Source: Octopus sinensis
Lineage: Eukaryota
NCBI RefSeq assembly: GCF_006345805.1
Contig: NW_021835169.1
Span: 1 to 42,267 of the forward strand
Length of the DNA stretch: 42,267 bases
Direction: 5' to 3'
Position 1 is the stretch's first letter; every line of letters begins with the position of its first letter. Both the position numbers and the translations under genes were made by a program. Positions 39,321 to 42,267 of the stretch are shown piece after piece. Below the pieces are notes generated by a model. The model ran no database searches. It worked only from the letters and a program-made list of their open reading frames with translations, and had not been told where the DNA came from.

Positions 39321-39490
39321 TAGATCGCTAGCCACCAAACCTTTTACTATTTTCTCTCCCTATTTATTTCTGTGTTCCTTTCTGCTGAAGAGCGTAGGCT
39401 CGAAACGTACAATACTTTCTCACCTACCGAGCGTGCATTGAACAAATACATATGTTTGTTGTTTCGTCTTGTTTTTTTTTAATTCTCACT
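39321..39490 (+). mobile_element. PLE-like family A copy with hammerhead-like motif (39378-39409)
   Basis: CTTT-CTGCTGA-A-GAGC-GTAG-GCTC-GAAACGT-A; ends cactata into (TA)n. Confidence 0.7.
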
Positions 39491-39498
39491 ATATATAT

Positions 39499-39545
<47 letters not shown>

Positions 39546-39589
39546 TACACATGTATATATATTCCGGTATATAAATATATATATAATAT

Positions 39590-39630
<41 letters not shown>

Positions 39631-39741
39631 TATATATTCTATATAATCTATATATATATATATATATAATATGTATGTATGTATGTATGTATGCATGTTT
39701 GTATGTACGTATGTATGTATTATGTATGCTTCTATCAATCA

Positions 39742-39807
<66 letters not shown>

Positions 39808-40144
39808 ACATACATATATGTATATATAAGTGCGTGTGAATATGTATATATTGATATATGTGTGTGCTTATGTGCACACTAAAATTATGTTTCGGGTTCA
39901 TATAATGATTTCCACAGCATCGAGCCAATCCTTAATCGGAACCAGTCCAGCCTTGAAAATGAAAAAGGCTGGGAGCTGGAGAGGCAGCTACCCACGCTTG
40001 TTCTTTGTAAAAAGACCAGAGAGTGGTTCAGCGAGGATTATTGAATAGTAGCCAACAAGCTACATGGGTGGGGGTGTCACTGTAGATACTGCGTGTTGTT
40101 ATCGCCGTTGTTGCTCTTATTGTTCCTGTTGTTGGTATCTTTCC

Positions 40145-40380
40145 AGGCGGCGAGCTGGCAGAAACGTCAGCACGCCGGGCAAAATGCTTAGCAGCATTTC
40201 GTCTGTCTTTATGTTCTGAGTTCAAATTCCGCCGAGGTCGACTTTGCCTTTCATCCTTTCGGGGTCGATTAAATAAGTACCAGTTACGTACTGGGGTCGA
40301 TGTAATCGACTTAATCCGTTTATCTGTCCTTGTTTGTCCCCTCTGTGTTTAGCCCCTTGTGGGCAGTAAAGAAATAGGTA
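40145..40380 (+). mobile_element. S1 SINE, full length
   Basis: A-box-like AGCTGGCAGAA, B-box GAGTTCAAATTCC, and conserved central gtcgactttgcctttcatcctttcggggtcgattaaataagtaccag block. The block resembles Meta/Nin-type SINE domains; exact superfamily not determined. Confidence 0.85.
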
Positions 40381-40719
40381 TCTTGCCTGTCGGCGTCAGC
40401 GTCAGCGGCAGCGGGGATGGTGTTAGTGATATTAAGTAGGACACTGTCGAGAAATTCTTCAGTTGCTGCTGATGTTGCTGTTGGTGTTTTTGTGGTTGGT
40501 AATGAGGCTGTAGTGGTTAACAAACCGGAAGTCTGTGGCCAATCCCAACTGGAGATTGTGTTTAGACTAGACAACGACATACATACTAACACATGTGGAT
40601 GTATGTCAACATGCATGTAGACATACGCGCACATATGCTAACATACATACACGCACACACACATTTATATATATGCCTGTGGATTTCTACGTGTGTGTTT
40701 GTCTATATAGTGCGTTCTT

Positions 40720-40814
<95 letters not shown>

Positions 40815-40834
40815 CTCTCCTCTCTCTCTCTCTG

Positions 40835-40879
<45 letters not shown>

Positions 40880-40882
40880 CTC

Positions 40883-40954
<72 letters not shown>

Positions 40955-41170
40955 GTCTGTCTATCTGTCCGCCCGTACGTCCGTCTGTCCATTTGTCTGT
41001 CTGTCTATCCCTCCCTCCTCCCTCCCTCCCTTCATCTATCCATCCCATCAATCAATCAATCAATCAATCAACCAATCAATCTACCTATTTCTTTTCCTTT
41101 CTCTTTCTCCCATTTGTTTCCTTGTCTATCTTTCTCCCTCCTGCTCTCTCTCTCTTTCTCTCTCTCTTTC
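40720..41170. repeat. (TATC)n/(TCAA)n/(TC)n compound microsatellite
   Basis: Directly visible. Confidence 0.93.
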
Positions 41171-41861
41171 TCTATCCATTTTACTCACTATGTATCTACC
41201 TCTCCCTCTTCTTCCTACACGCACACACACAGACTCACGCGCATGCACACACACACACACGCGCTCGCGCGGACACACGCCACAAATCTCTTGATTGTTA
41301 CAGCTGGTATGCCTTTGATCATAGTTCTGCTTAGTCAGGACTGACCCGGGGGCTAAAGGACAACAACAGCAGCAGCAGCAGCAGCTATAACAACAACAGA
41401 TAGCTTCGTCGTATAAAATGGGATTATCTTCTCCATATCGCTTCGTTAAAGAGAGCGGCGAGAGAAATGGCGGCAGTGTCATTGTTCACAAAAGTTCGTA
41501 GACAAATACAAACATTAAAATATGAATGAAAATATAAACAAGACTAAAAAAGATGGCAGATTACTTGGTTTGCTGGGAGGAAGGAAGAGAAGTCAAAATT
41601 TTATATATTTACAACAGCGCCATTTTTAAACTCCAGAAAGATTATTTCGTTTACGTTTAAAATGATGAAGCAGACGATATACAAATATTGGAATTATCGG
41701 CTGAGGGCTGATCGATTGTAGAATTCTTTGCTGGACTAATCGAACATTTTGAATGGTTTTGTAGCGCGCGCACACACACATACATTTATTTCAAATATGG
41801 CCTTAGGTTAATTTTGCTTTTCTTCCTTTCGAGGTTGATAAAATATCGATTAAAATAAATA

Positions 41862-42090
41862 CAGGGCGTTCAATTTTTATCCTCCTGCGTCTCTAAGATG
41901 TGTTTCAAAACATGTGTAGAAGAGTCAACTTATGTATTGAAAATGAAGGACGACACTTTCAAAACCTCCTATAAAGTTTTTTAATGTCTTGTTAAGTGTA
42001 GTATGTTCTTCTTTTGCAGTCTTATACCATCTTATAAATATTCATTTTGCAATCAAATACTTACTGCGGAGAGACTTTTTGAACTACCTG
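41862..42090 (+). mobile_element. 229-bp Tc1/mariner (maT/DD37D-like) internal-deletion derivative
   Basis: TA|CAGGGCGTTCAA...TTGAACTACCTG|TA imperfect TIRs with TA flanks; 41897-41974 encodes DVFQNMCRRVNLCIENEGRHFQNLL*, a typical transposase C-terminus. Confidence 0.75.
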
Positions 42091-42267
42091 TACTAGGTTT
42101 GGTAGCAGAGATTAACCGTCTCCTCTTAAAAGTGCTATCTTTGTGACCAACATCAGAAACCCTTATATGTAGTTCTAGTGAGTGAGTGTGTGTGTGTGTG
42201 TGTGTGTTATTTATACATCAGAGGTATTGGTATTCAGAAGACATATGTCGTATAAATTCAACACAGA

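Noticed and set aside
39947-39972. 8-bp hairpin CCAGCCTT/AAGGCTGG as a terminator
   Set aside because: Eukaryotic context with no U-tract; hairpins of this size are expected by chance in 42 kb.
40320-40634. Thr/Ala-rich minus-strand ORF
   Set aside because: Low complexity, overlaps a SINE end, and shows no homology signal.

Overview
AT-rich eukaryotic, repeat-saturated non-coding window (intron or gene desert). The SINE types and extreme microsatellite load suggest an Octopus-like cephalopod genome; this is inference, not verified. No host protein-coding gene is supported, and almost all listed ORFs are translations of microsatellites. Real coding remnants are all transposon-derived: a near full-length but disrupted R4/Dong RLE non-LTR retrotransposon (~21.5-25.64 kb), a second R4/Dong fragment (26.23-26.62 kb), a Tx1/L1-like 3' fragment embedded in (TATC)n (14.52-15.19 kb), a decayed mariner (4.25-5.02 kb) and a maT/Tc1-like deletion derivative (41.86-42.09 kb). 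There is also a non-autonomous Helitron (36.65-37.69 kb), a MITE-like element and many tRNA-derived SINEs. The main signal is about ten short non-coding elements from at least four sequence families. They carry Penelope-type minimal hammerhead-ribozyme-like motifs (CUGnnGA-A-stemII-GAAA, short or palindromic stem III), and most end at a (TA)n tract. One is an 869-bp unit with 195-bp terminal redundancy and two tandem hammerhead-like motifs. Together with TAA-associated R4/Dong and TATC-embedded Tx1, this suggests a set of retroelements each associated with a different microsatellite.
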